A stretch of 17,656 bases of DNA, taken from the NCBI GenBank assembly GCA_041640035.1, contig JBEQBC010000014.1, positions 1-17,656 on the forward strand, written 5' to 3'. This DNA comes from Candidatus Nanohaloarchaea archaeon (GTDB taxonomy: Archaea > Nanohalarchaeota > Nanosalinia > Nanosalinales > Nanosalinaceae). Below, piece after piece: positions 9,468 through 16,959 of the stretch. Below the pieces are notes generated by a model, which saw only the letters and a program-made list of their open reading frames with translations, had not been told where the DNA came from and ran no database searches. Made by a program: the position numbers and the translations under genes. How positions within the stretch are numbered: position 1 is the first letter of the stretch; each line of letters begins with the position of its first letter.

Positions 9468-9788
9468 ATGGAGAACCCTCTAAGCAACGATATCAGAGTT
9501 GGAACAGTAACTAAAGCTGAGAAGTTTGATGAAGCCAGAAAGCCTGAAATGTTCAAGCTCTGGATCGATATAGGAGACAGAAAAGTACAGAGCGCGGTCC
9601 AACTAGGCTACAACCACACAATAGAGGAAGTGGAAAACAGCCAGGTTATGTGTGTATTGGACCTAGGCGAAGTCAAGATTGCAGGATTCAAGTCCGAAGC
9701 ACTCACAGTTGGTGTACCTGACGAGGACGGCAACCCTGTACTGATATCGCCGAATGAAGAAGTACCTGAAGGTGGAGAACTATACTGA
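9468..9788 (+). CDS. csaA: CsaA/Trbp111-type tRNA-binding / export chaperone
   Basis: DIRVGTVTKAEKFDEARKP, KLWIDIG, VKIAGFKSEALTVG, LISP...VPEGGELY. Confidence 0.9.
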   Translation: MENPLSNDIRVGTVTKAEKFDEARKPEMFKLWIDIGDRKVQSAVQLGYNHTIEEVENSQVMCVLDLGEVKIAGFKSEALTVGVPDEDGNPVLISPNEEVPEGGELY

Positions 9789-9860
9789 GTGTTCAAACAA
9801 AATTAACACTCATTAATCAGATTTAATCGAGTAAAGCGGCAAGCCAGAAAATCGCCCAGC

Positions 9861-10023
9861 ATAAAGAAGGTATATCGCAAGTAGGCGAGTTTGTGTTTCC
9901 TGGTATATCCCTGGCGCTTTACCTTGGGTAAGTGCGACGGATACGACATATAATAAAGAAGGTATATTTTCTCAGTCTCCTGACAAGTAAACGATTCACT
10001 CGATTCTTGTATACCTCCTTTGT
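9861..10023. repeat. Three AAAGRAGGTATA boxes (two direct, one inverted) in a convergent intergenic region
   Basis: ATAAAGAAGGTATAT exact at 9861-9875 and 9953-9967; TTGTATACCTCCTTTGT at 10007-10023. Confidence 0.8.
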
Positions 10024-10083
10024 TATGGCCAAATTTCTGATATCTTCACCATTCATGAGTGTTCATCGTTTTTTAACACTCAT

Positions 10084-10722
10084 TTATCTCTGACCAGACA
10101 GGTAAAGATGCGGCGAAGATTCAGGATCATAATGAATCTCTGTTTCAAACCCGTGTTCTTCCAGACGAGATGCTATTCTATTTGCATACTCAAGTTGATT
10201 GTCTAGAGAATCTTCTGCTAGGTCGGGCATCTGATATCGGTTAACTCCTTTCATAGTGTAGAGAAGTGCAGAATCTTCATCATCCAGTAATCTGTCAGAG
10301 GTGCTAGCTAGACGCTGAAATGCGTTATCAAGAACTTCATCTCTTTGTTCATGATCGGAGTAATCGAAGGTGTGCAGGTTTGTTTCTTCACCAATCTGGG
10401 TCTGGAGAGCTGCTGTAGTATCGTCTCCAAGAGCCCATCCGTACTCGAAGTCAAAGCCGTTTCCTGTGTAATTATGTGTTTTGACAGGTGCTACGGTTAC
10501 TTCAGGTTGTCTTGAGAAGCCTGAACGGGGAGTCATTCCTACGATATTATCGACATCTCCTTCATCAACCAGGCTCCTGCTGATTCTTTCTTCATTCGGC
10601 CAGACAAATGCTTTTTCGGGCTCTATATCCATCTCAGAGAGCCATTTTCCAACCCTCACACTGTCCTCTACACTCGGACTGTTCACTTCAATTGAACTCT
10701 CAGGTCGGGAAGAATTACTCAT
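10084..10722 (-). CDS. Hypothetical protein, possibly degenerate class I methyltransferase fold
   Basis: 212-aa acidic ORF; VLDNAFQRLASTSDRLLDDEDSALLY loosely resembles the MTase post-motif region; no clear GxGxG. Confidence 0.6.
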   Translation of the reverse strand: MSNSSRPESSIEVNSPSVEDSVRVGKWLSEMDIEPEKAFVWPNEERISRSLVDEGDVDNIVGMTPRSGFSRQPEVTVAPVKTHNYTGNGFDFEYGWALGDDTTAALQTQIGEETNLHTFDYSDHEQRDEVLDNAFQRLASTSDRLLDDEDSALLYTMKGVNRYQMPDLAEDSLDNQLEYANRIASRLEEHGFETEIHYDPESSPHLYLSGQR

Positions 10723-10870
10723 TTCACTTTACAGTATAAACACAAGTATTTAAAAACATTTGAATGTTCGTTTTTTGTCAACAACATAGTGTTCGTTCAG
10801 AGCGAACACTCAGCAAGGTGATGTGAGTTTTGAGCCCGGTTTTTTCAGTTTTGAGTCATGAATCGCGGTT

Positions 10871-11356
10871 ATGAAGGCGGCGTTTGTCTCGGAGCACGAA
10901 GAGTTACTGAAGCGGTTGGTGGATGAGTTCGACCTGGTGATCAGTGACCGTGATGATCTTAGGCATGTATGTGAGGATAAGTTCCTGAATCTAGAGCATG
11001 ATGAGGGAGAGATCTTTGAGGTGCTTGAATCGAAGGGTGTTTCCACCGCCGTTAGCCTGGGGTATCGAAGGCTTTTCTCCGAACATCTCTTAGAGCATTC
11101 TGATTGTGAGTTCTACAACATGCATCCATCGATACTTCCGGCCTTCAAAGGACTTGATGTATACCAGCGAGTTCTTGACCGAGGTGTCGATGTGAGTGGT
11201 GCAACTCTTCACCGCATCAACGAAGAGATGGATGAAGGAGAGATAATTGACCAGATAACATACCGTGTGAGAGAAGATATGACTGTGGAAGAACTGAAGA
11301 GGTATGCTTCGAAGTATGAGGCCCGTATTGTGAGAACAAACCTAGAAGAGTTGTGA
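10871..11356 (+). CDS. Formyltransferase, PurN/Fmt_core family
   Basis: FYNMHPSILPAFKG, SGATLHRINEEMDEGEIIDQ catalytic motifs. Confidence 0.9.
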   Translation: MKAAFVSEHEELLKRLVDEFDLVISDRDDLRHVCEDKFLNLEHDEGEIFEVLESKGVSTAVSLGYRRLFSEHLLEHSDCEFYNMHPSILPAFKGLDVYQRVLDRGVDVSGATLHRINEEMDEGEIIDQITYRVREDMTVEELKRYASKYEARIVRTNLEEL

Positions 11357-11404
11357 CTGAACCATAACAAATTTAACTTTGTTCTGTTGTTTTACAATTA
11401 ATAG

Positions 11405-12241
11405 ATGTCTATTCGAAAGCCCAGCCTCACCAGCGTGGAAAGCGCACTCATTGAAGAACCCAGCGAATGGGGGCATTTGAGGAAGGATGTTGTCTTCAGA
11501 GAACGAGATAAGGGGATTAACGCTGTTCATAATGGAATAAGCAGCGAGAGAGGTCAATCATTCAGTTTCGACGAAGCGATGAGTGAAGAAAGCCCATTTC
11601 CCGATGAACCGGATATCGGCTATGAAGTAGAATTAAACCAAAATATGGATTTTGATAAAAGCGACTCACTCGACTGGTCCGAATTAGATGTAGAAAAAGA
11701 GAACGGAAATCTATACCAACTTAACCTGAACGAATCGCTGATATATGGCAGCAAAGATATCGATGGAGAGTACATAAACGGGAAAGGTCTAGCCGAAACC
11801 GAGTTAGATACCGGACTGAATCTACACGCCATAGTATACGAAGAAGAAAACGGCAAGAAACACCTCATGCACTGGGATCCCGGAGTATATGATGAAAACG
11901 GTGTTAAACACAAATACAAGGAAAATAACGGTTCTCCAAACCTAATGAATGTAGCTGACGAAGGAGAAGACAAATTTGAAAACTACGATGTCATGGAGCT
12001 GGAGGAAGGGCTCGAGCATATCTACGACGAACTGACCAGAGGCAGCGAAGAAATCGAACAGAGCGCACATAGACAGATGATTGAAAACTCCGGAAAGAAA
12101 GATGAGGGTCTTGGATACAGCGATGAAGTTCTGGAAGAAGCTTGGATGGCTGAAAGATGGCGTGGAATGGCGGACGCAATCAAGACATTCAACAGTACGA
12201 TCCAAGAAGGCTACGGACAGCAAGAAAGAATCAGCTTTTAG
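11405..12241 (+). CDS. Hypothetical acidic protein (278 aa)
   Basis: Long ORF, halophilic composition; no firm family. Confidence 0.7.
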   Translation: MSIRKPSLTSVESALIEEPSEWGHLRKDVVFRERDKGINAVHNGISSERGQSFSFDEAMSEESPFPDEPDIGYEVELNQNMDFDKSDSLDWSELDVEKENGNLYQLNLNESLIYGSKDIDGEYINGKGLAETELDTGLNLHAIVYEEENGKKHLMHWDPGVYDENGVKHKYKENNGSPNLMNVADEGEDKFENYDVMELEEGLEHIYDELTRGSEEIEQSAHRQMIENSGKKDEGLGYSDEVLEEAWMAERWRGMADAIKTFNSTIQEGYGQQERISF

Positions 12242-12278
12242 ACAAAGCAGCACAAGAAAATAGCATAGGTGGAAAATA

Positions 12279-12680
12279 ATGGATAAAGAAGAATTCAAGG
12301 AAATAATGGAGGAAGGAAGAAGAAGATTCAGCATCGAAGAAAACACCATAATACAAGAAGAAGGAAAAAAACAGCTTGGAGAAGAACTCAGTTCAGAAGA
12401 ACTTATTAAACAAAAAATAAGACTGCAAAGAGAACTTGATCTACCAGAAAGATACGATAAAGCCAGAAGAATAAAACGGAAATTTAAGGAATCCAGAAAA
12501 ATGGTTCAAGGAGACGAATATAATGTGAATACCAATTCAGATTTAGCAAACCAGTTAATTACTAATCTTAAAGACATAGATGAACGATCAGCTAGCAAAA
12601 AAGAGTTAGAAAATCTCAAGACCGCAGTCGAAAGATTCATAGTTGAAGAGAAAGATATAGAGTCTCCTGAACTTGAATAA
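12279..12680 (+). CDS. Hypothetical helical protein (133 aa), AT-rich
   Basis: AGGTGG SD-like upstream; E/K-rich helices. Confidence 0.65.
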   Translation: MDKEEFKEIMEEGRRRFSIEENTIIQEEGKKQLGEELSSEELIKQKIRLQRELDLPERYDKARRIKRKFKESRKMVQGDEYNVNTNSDLANQLITNLKDIDERSASKKELENLKTAVERFIVEEKDIESPELE

Positions 12681-12685
12681 ATATC

Positions 12686-13639
12686 CTATTCAACTGTTTT
12701 TCCATTCTGATCTATCTCTCCATTTCTGATCCTTGAGCAGGAAATCGGTTCAGAGTCCTCAGACTCTAGCTTTGCAACTATATTTACCTCTAACTGTTCT
12801 TTACCTTCATCCACGCGTTTCTCGTTGATCTTCTCTGCGTTCTCCCTGTTCTCAGGGTTAACAAGCAGGGTTTCGCCTTCTTCTACTGCGTTTCCGTAGA
12901 TATCATTTATCTCTATGATCTGGAAATCCTCCTTACCGAGGGCTTGCAGGAAATTTCTTATGTTGTCGGCTCTTTCCTCAAAACTGTCGTGCTCTTCAGT
13001 CCCTATCTTTTCTGTAAGCATCTGATCGGAAGTAACACCTACATCAAGATGCTGCGATTTCTGTACAGCAGTACTGAGAATGTATCTATGACCAGAATGG
13101 AATATATCCCAGCTACCGCCTACAATCAAGTGCTTAGACTTATCTAGATCAACTAAATCCTCCACAAACTCTCTATTTTCCTCATTCGCTTCCATCAGGA
13201 CAGCTCCCTCACCCGGCTGACCGTATACGACTAATGCATCTTCCGGAGCAAACATCAGTGATGGGATGGCCAGAAGGTCCTCCTCCCCCTCAACTTCAAT
13301 CATGGCAGAGCACCGTAGTGCGGATGCTTTCCTCACTGTTTTCCAAGCTTCCTCCGATATTTGGCCTGCCGGATTCTCAGTTTCAAAGGTTCTCTCTGCC
13401 TCTATATCCTCAAAGTGCTCTTCACCTACTTCTTCACGCTGTATGCTGCCGTCTACAATAGAGAGCTCTGCCTCTATATCGGACTCCGCTATATCCTGTG
13501 AGACTCTATCTCCGACCGCGATAAGCCGGGAGAAATCTCTTTCCCGAAGCTCCTCAATCAGTTCCTCTTCCTCGTATACCGGTCCTCGAGGCTCTTTCAG
13601 CTTTTCTCTATCTTTTTCAGACGGCGTGTAGAAAGTCAT
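12686..13639 (-). CDS. Fusion: GTP-dependent dephospho-CoA kinase (DUF359) + phosphopantetheine adenylyltransferase
   Basis: N-half LKEPRG, IAVGDRVS, SIVDG, ENPAGQIS, VEGEEDLLAIP, VVYGQPGEG; C-half VGGSWDIFHSGH, VGVTSD, INDIYG, ISCSRIRNGEID. Confidence 0.9.
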   Translation of the reverse strand: MTFYTPSEKDREKLKEPRGPVYEEEELIEELRERDFSRLIAVGDRVSQDIAESDIEAELSIVDGSIQREEVGEEHFEDIEAERTFETENPAGQISEEAWKTVRKASALRCSAMIEVEGEEDLLAIPSLMFAPEDALVVYGQPGEGAVLMEANEENREFVEDLVDLDKSKHLIVGGSWDIFHSGHRYILSTAVQKSQHLDVGVTSDQMLTEKIGTEEHDSFEERADNIRNFLQALGKEDFQIIEINDIYGNAVEEGETLLVNPENRENAEKINEKRVDEGKEQLEVNIVAKLESEDSEPISCSRIRNGEIDQNGKTVE

Positions 13640-13644
13640 TTTTT

Positions 13645-14022
13645 CTATGAAGATCTTGCGAGGATCTCAACTTCATAACCTTCAGGATCTTTGACGAACC
13701 CGTAGTCTCCAGGGCATTCTGCGGGAGGACGGTAGTCTTCTCCTCCTGCTTCTACAGCCTGATCATATGCTTCCTGCAGAGTCATGTCTTCCGGCGTGTG
13801 GATCGCGAGGTGTCCGAATCCTTCTCCTTTCTCGTATCTGTCGTCTTCTCCATGGTTGTATGTTAGTTCGATTTCTGCAGTCTGACCGGGATGGCCTAGG
13901 AAGTACAGTGTGAATGTGTCCATCTCTTTCTTCCGTTTCATCTCCATATTGAAAGCTTCTGTGTAGAATTCGATCATTTCGTCTGGAGATCCGGTTCTAA
14001 GCATAGTGTGTGCTAGTTTCAT
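13645..14022 (-). CDS. gloA: Lactoylglutathione lyase (glyoxalase I, VOC family)
   Basis: LAHTMLR, FTLYFLG, IELTYNHG, GEGFGHLAI, FVKDPEGYEVEI. Confidence 0.85.
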   Translation of the reverse strand: MKLAHTMLRTGSPDEMIEFYTEAFNMEMKRKKEMDTFTLYFLGHPGQTAEIELTYNHGEDDRYEKGEGFGHLAIHTPEDMTLQEAYDQAVEAGGEDYRPPAECPGDYGFVKDPEGYEVEILARSS

Positions 14023-14065
14023 ACTAATGAATTGGTGCGTGGAGATTTTTAGTGTTAAGCAGAGT

Positions 14066-14452
14066 TCAGTTCTGTGGCAGTATGTTTACTGCTTCTGTGT
14101 GTTTACTGCCTTCCAGCTCGTTGAAGAACTCTATTACCAAGTCGGCTTTTCCATTCGTATGGAATACTTCCAGACAGTTCTCGCCGTCTAACTTGCTGTG
14201 GAGCTGGGTGGTTATGACGCTGTCGTAGTCGTGTGCTATGCCGCCAATCCTCTGCTCTTTCTTGTGAGGATGTCTTACAACTATAACTGCATTGAGTTCT
14301 CCGCTAAGACTCTGGTTATTTATTGTTTCTTGGTGCAGGTTCTCTATCGCTTTCCGGAACAGTTCGCTCCGGCCGTTGAAGCTTGATTCTTCCTGTATTT
14401 CATCGATTTTCTCAAGTGTTTCTTCATCCAGTGAGAGACTTATTATTTCCAT
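14066..14452 (-). CDS. NikR-like ribbon-helix-helix metalloregulator
   Basis: IISLSLDEETLEKID...GRSELFRKAI RHH plus ACT-like domain with H...QLHSKL...CLEV. Confidence 0.85.
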   Translation of the reverse strand: MEIISLSLDEETLEKIDEIQEESSFNGRSELFRKAIENLHQETINNQSLSGELNAVIVVRHPHKKEQRIGGIAHDYDSVITTQLHSKLDGENCLEVFHTNGKADLVIEFFNELEGSKHTEAVNILPQN

Positions 14453-14461
14453 AACACCTGA

Positions 14462-14489
14462 TTAATAGCACTGCTTAAAAAGTTATTAA
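14462..14489. promoter_or_regulatory. Putative NikR-type operator TTAATA-N16-TATTAA
   Basis: Perfect 6-16-6 inverted repeat inside the 52-bp divergent gap between regulator and ZIP gene. Confidence 0.6.
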
Positions 14490-14504
14490 CAAAATGTACT
14501 GGTT

Positions 14505-15239
14505 ATGAACATAACTGAAATCCTCGCAGCACTCACAGCTACAGCAGTTTTCTCCGCAATCAGCGCCTTCTTCCTATTCATATCGGAGAGAGACTTCGAG
14601 AAAATCACACCTTTCCTGATCTCGCTAGCCGCCGGTACAATATTCGGCGGAGTATTCATCCACCTCGTGTTCAGGATGGCAAACAAGTACAGCTATACGC
14701 GGAACACCGGTCTGCTCGTTATAGCCGGGATCCTCGGATCGTTCTTCCTGGAGAAACTCGTACACTGGCACTGTCACCATACCGGGAGGCATGAGGAACC
14801 GCTTCCCTATGTTCTCGCCGCAGGAGACAGCGTCCACAATGTCCTTGACGGCATCCTGATAGCAACCAGCTTCCTCGCATCGACTTCAGCAGGGATGGCA
14901 GCAACAGTCGCAATCATCGCACACAAGATACCGAAAGAACTAGGGGACTTCGGAGTCATGGTTGACGGAGGATTCTCACAGATCAAAGCTTTAGCAGTCA
15001 ACATCGGCGTCAGCGTCTTCATGTTCGTAGGAGCCGGAATGGTACTGCTGCTTTCACAGACCTCAATCGCTCCTGTACCTGTACTTCTGCCGCTTGTAAT
15101 CGGAAACTTCGTTTTCATAGCAGGCAGCGATCTGCTTCCCGAGTTTAAAACAGAAGATCAGTGGATTAAACACCTAGCTCTGTTCTCGGTCGGAGTACTG
15201 ATCATGTACCTGATCCCGTACCTGAAAGCTGCGGTCTAG
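14505..15239 (+). CDS. ZIP family divalent metal (zinc) transporter
   Basis: LAAGTIFGGVFIHL, His-rich loop HWHCHH, GDSVHNVLDG, IAHKIPKELGDFG. Confidence 0.92.
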   Translation: MNITEILAALTATAVFSAISAFFLFISERDFEKITPFLISLAAGTIFGGVFIHLVFRMANKYSYTRNTGLLVIAGILGSFFLEKLVHWHCHHTGRHEEPLPYVLAAGDSVHNVLDGILIATSFLASTSAGMAATVAIIAHKIPKELGDFGVMVDGGFSQIKALAVNIGVSVFMFVGAGMVLLLSQTSIAPVPVLLPLVIGNFVFIAGSDLLPEFKTEDQWIKHLALFSVGVLIMYLIPYLKAAV

Positions 15240-15502
15240 AACTCGTTCAGTACTTTGCTGAGTTTCTTGGCGATTTCCTCGCCTTTATCCGTTAACTCGA
15301 TATTCTTTTTCCTGCCTTTCTCCTCTGTATCCACCAAGCTGTTTTCTTCAAATCTCTGGATAACTCTTACAGCATGGGAGTATGTGCAGTCAACGGATTT
15401 AGAAAGTTCAGAAGCATAATTATCAGTACGCGGATTGTTTATCTCGATCAGAAGCCGGACCGGCTTTTCACGGACAAAAAGTTCTCTAAGCGGTTTTGAC
15501 AC
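15236..15502 (-). CDS. MarR-like winged-helix regulator (88 aa, GTG start)
   Basis: YASELSKSVDCTYSHAVRVIQRFEENSLV...KGRKKNIELTDKG; GGAGG SD upstream. Confidence 0.85.
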   Translation of the reverse strand: MSKPLRELFVREKPVRLLIEINNPRTDNYASELSKSVDCTYSHAVRVIQRFEENSLVDTEEKGRKKNIELTDKGEEIAKKLSKVLNEF

Positions 15503-15629
15503 CTTTAATTCTCCTCCTTCCCCCTAACAACAAAGTACAGGTTTTGATACACTTAACTTCTAGGGTTGAAACCTTGTGATGGGTCCCTTTTTATGCGTTA
15601 ATGGAACTTTTACTGACTGTGAACCAACC

Positions 15630-15827
15630 ATGGAATTCTCCAACACCAAAATGAAGGACATGATCAAAGATGAAGGAAACAAGAGAGTAGCAGAAGACGC
15701 AGCAGACCTGCTAGGCGAGGTACTGGAAACCTTCGCAGGAGATGTAGCAGAAGAAGCAATCGCAGTCGCACAGGAAGACGGCCGAAAGACCGTCCGAAAA
15801 GAAGATGTGCGAGAAGCACTTCAATAA
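15630..15827 (+). CDS. Archaeal histone (HMf-like singlet, 65 aa; true start ATG 15630)
   Basis: KRVAEDAADLL...AEEAIAVAQEDGRKTVRKEDVREAL histone-fold signature. Confidence 0.92.
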   Translation: MEFSNTKMKDMIKDEGNKRVAEDAADLLGEVLETFAGDVAEEAIAVAQEDGRKTVRKEDVREALQ

Positions 15828-15931
15828 CTCTCTTTTTTCTCCTTTATTCCCAGTTAACTCACAGCCCCTGAAAACCGTTTATTCAAACCGGAATCACCAC
15901 AGATTTAAGGTTTCCAGCTTATTCTATAACC

Positions 15932-16939
15932 ATGAAGACAGAGAAAATAATCAGCCGTATAACCGAAGAAACCGACCTTGAAGAAGACGAGATTGAGGAA
16001 AAAATTGAGGACAAAATGGAAGAGTTCTCAGGCCTCGTATCGGAAGAAGGAGCTGCCCACCTGGTAGCCAAAGAACACGGCGTACATATCTCAGAAAATG
16101 CAGGAGAAGACCTGAAAATAGATAATATCGTACCCGACATGCGGAAAGTCAACTTCACAGCCAAAGTAGTACGGATCAGCGACCTCAACACCTTCGAAAG
16201 AGATGATGACGAAGAAGACGGCAAGGTCCAGAACATGGTTCTCGGAGACGAAACCGGAACAATCCGGATGACACTCTGGGACGAACAAACACAGATAACA
16301 GAAAAAATCGCTGAAGAAGATGGGATCAACATCAGCGGCGCATACACAATCGAAGATGACGACGGAAACGCAGAAATCCGGCTCGGAGACGACGCACAGG
16401 TAGCAATGGCAGACGAAGACGAAGTACCTGAACTAGACGAAGAAACACGGAAAGCCAACACCACCACAGAAACCACAATCAGAAATGTACGGTCAGAGAA
16501 CAGCTCCTACAGCGTCAAAGGAATGCTGATGGCAATGTACACAAACAACCCATTCTACCGCGTAGATCCAGAAACAGGAGACACAGTACGGGAAAACGAT
16601 GACGGAGAATATGTAACAGACGAAGGAAAAGAAGTAGAAGAACCTGACCACAGACTTGCAATCTCAGGAGTAATAGACGACGGAACAGGCAACATCAGAA
16701 CAGTATTCTTCGGAGACACAGCAAGAGAACTACTCAACATCAGCGAAGAAGAAGAGAAAGACGGAGACATGGACGCAGTCGAAGAAGGCGTAGAGAAAGC
16801 AATCGGAAAAGAAATAGTCGTAGAAGGAAGAACACGGCACAACGACTACTTCGACAGCCTAGAAATCCTGGCCAACGAAATAGGACAGCCAGATCTCGAG
16901 GACAACATCGAAGAACTACTGGAAGTACTCGAAGCGTAA
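15932..16939 (+). CDS. rpa: Replication protein A (OB-fold ssDNA-binding protein)
   Basis: GLVSEEGAAHLVAKEHG N-domain; LGDETGTIRMTLWD and IDDGTGNIRTVFFG OB motifs; upstream of radA. Confidence 0.92.
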   Translation: MKTEKIISRITEETDLEEDEIEEKIEDKMEEFSGLVSEEGAAHLVAKEHGVHISENAGEDLKIDNIVPDMRKVNFTAKVVRISDLNTFERDDDEEDGKVQNMVLGDETGTIRMTLWDEQTQITEKIAEEDGINISGAYTIEDDDGNAEIRLGDDAQVAMADEDEVPELDEETRKANTTTETTIRNVRSENSSYSVKGMLMAMYTNNPFYRVDPETGDTVRENDDGEYVTDEGKEVEEPDHRLAISGVIDDGTGNIRTVFFGDTARELLNISEEEEKDGDMDAVEEGVEKAIGKEIVVEGRTRHNDYFDSLEILANEIGQPDLEDNIEELLEVLEA

Positions 16940-16959
16940 AATAAAGAGGATATAATACA

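Larger units (their letters stand above)
9321..10812. repeat. Dispersed palindrome family TGAGTGTTMR-N7-YKAACACTCA (six copies)
   Basis: Copies at 9321-9344, 9396-9420, 9786-9812, 10055-10083, 10761-10787, 10786-10812, all with GTT-N11-AAC spacing. Confidence 0.8.

Noticed and set aside
9919-10056. 45-codon minus-strand ORF MNGEDIRNLAITKEVYKNRVNR...
   Set aside because: Strongly basic, atypical codons, no clear SD; not excluded but unsupported
9321-10812. CRISPR array or classical integron attC sites
   Set aside because: Spacing irregular with whole genes between copies, repeat interiors variable, no cas or intI; arrangement is GTT...AAC and too short for attC
15576-15629. N-terminal extension of the histone in the ORF track
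   Set aside because: Region holds the likely TATA (TTTTTATG); histone fold starts at ATG 15630
16941-16954. ATAAAGAGGATATA before radA as another copy of the wHTH box
   Set aside because: Two mismatches and explained by a GAGG ribosome-binding site in an A-rich spacer
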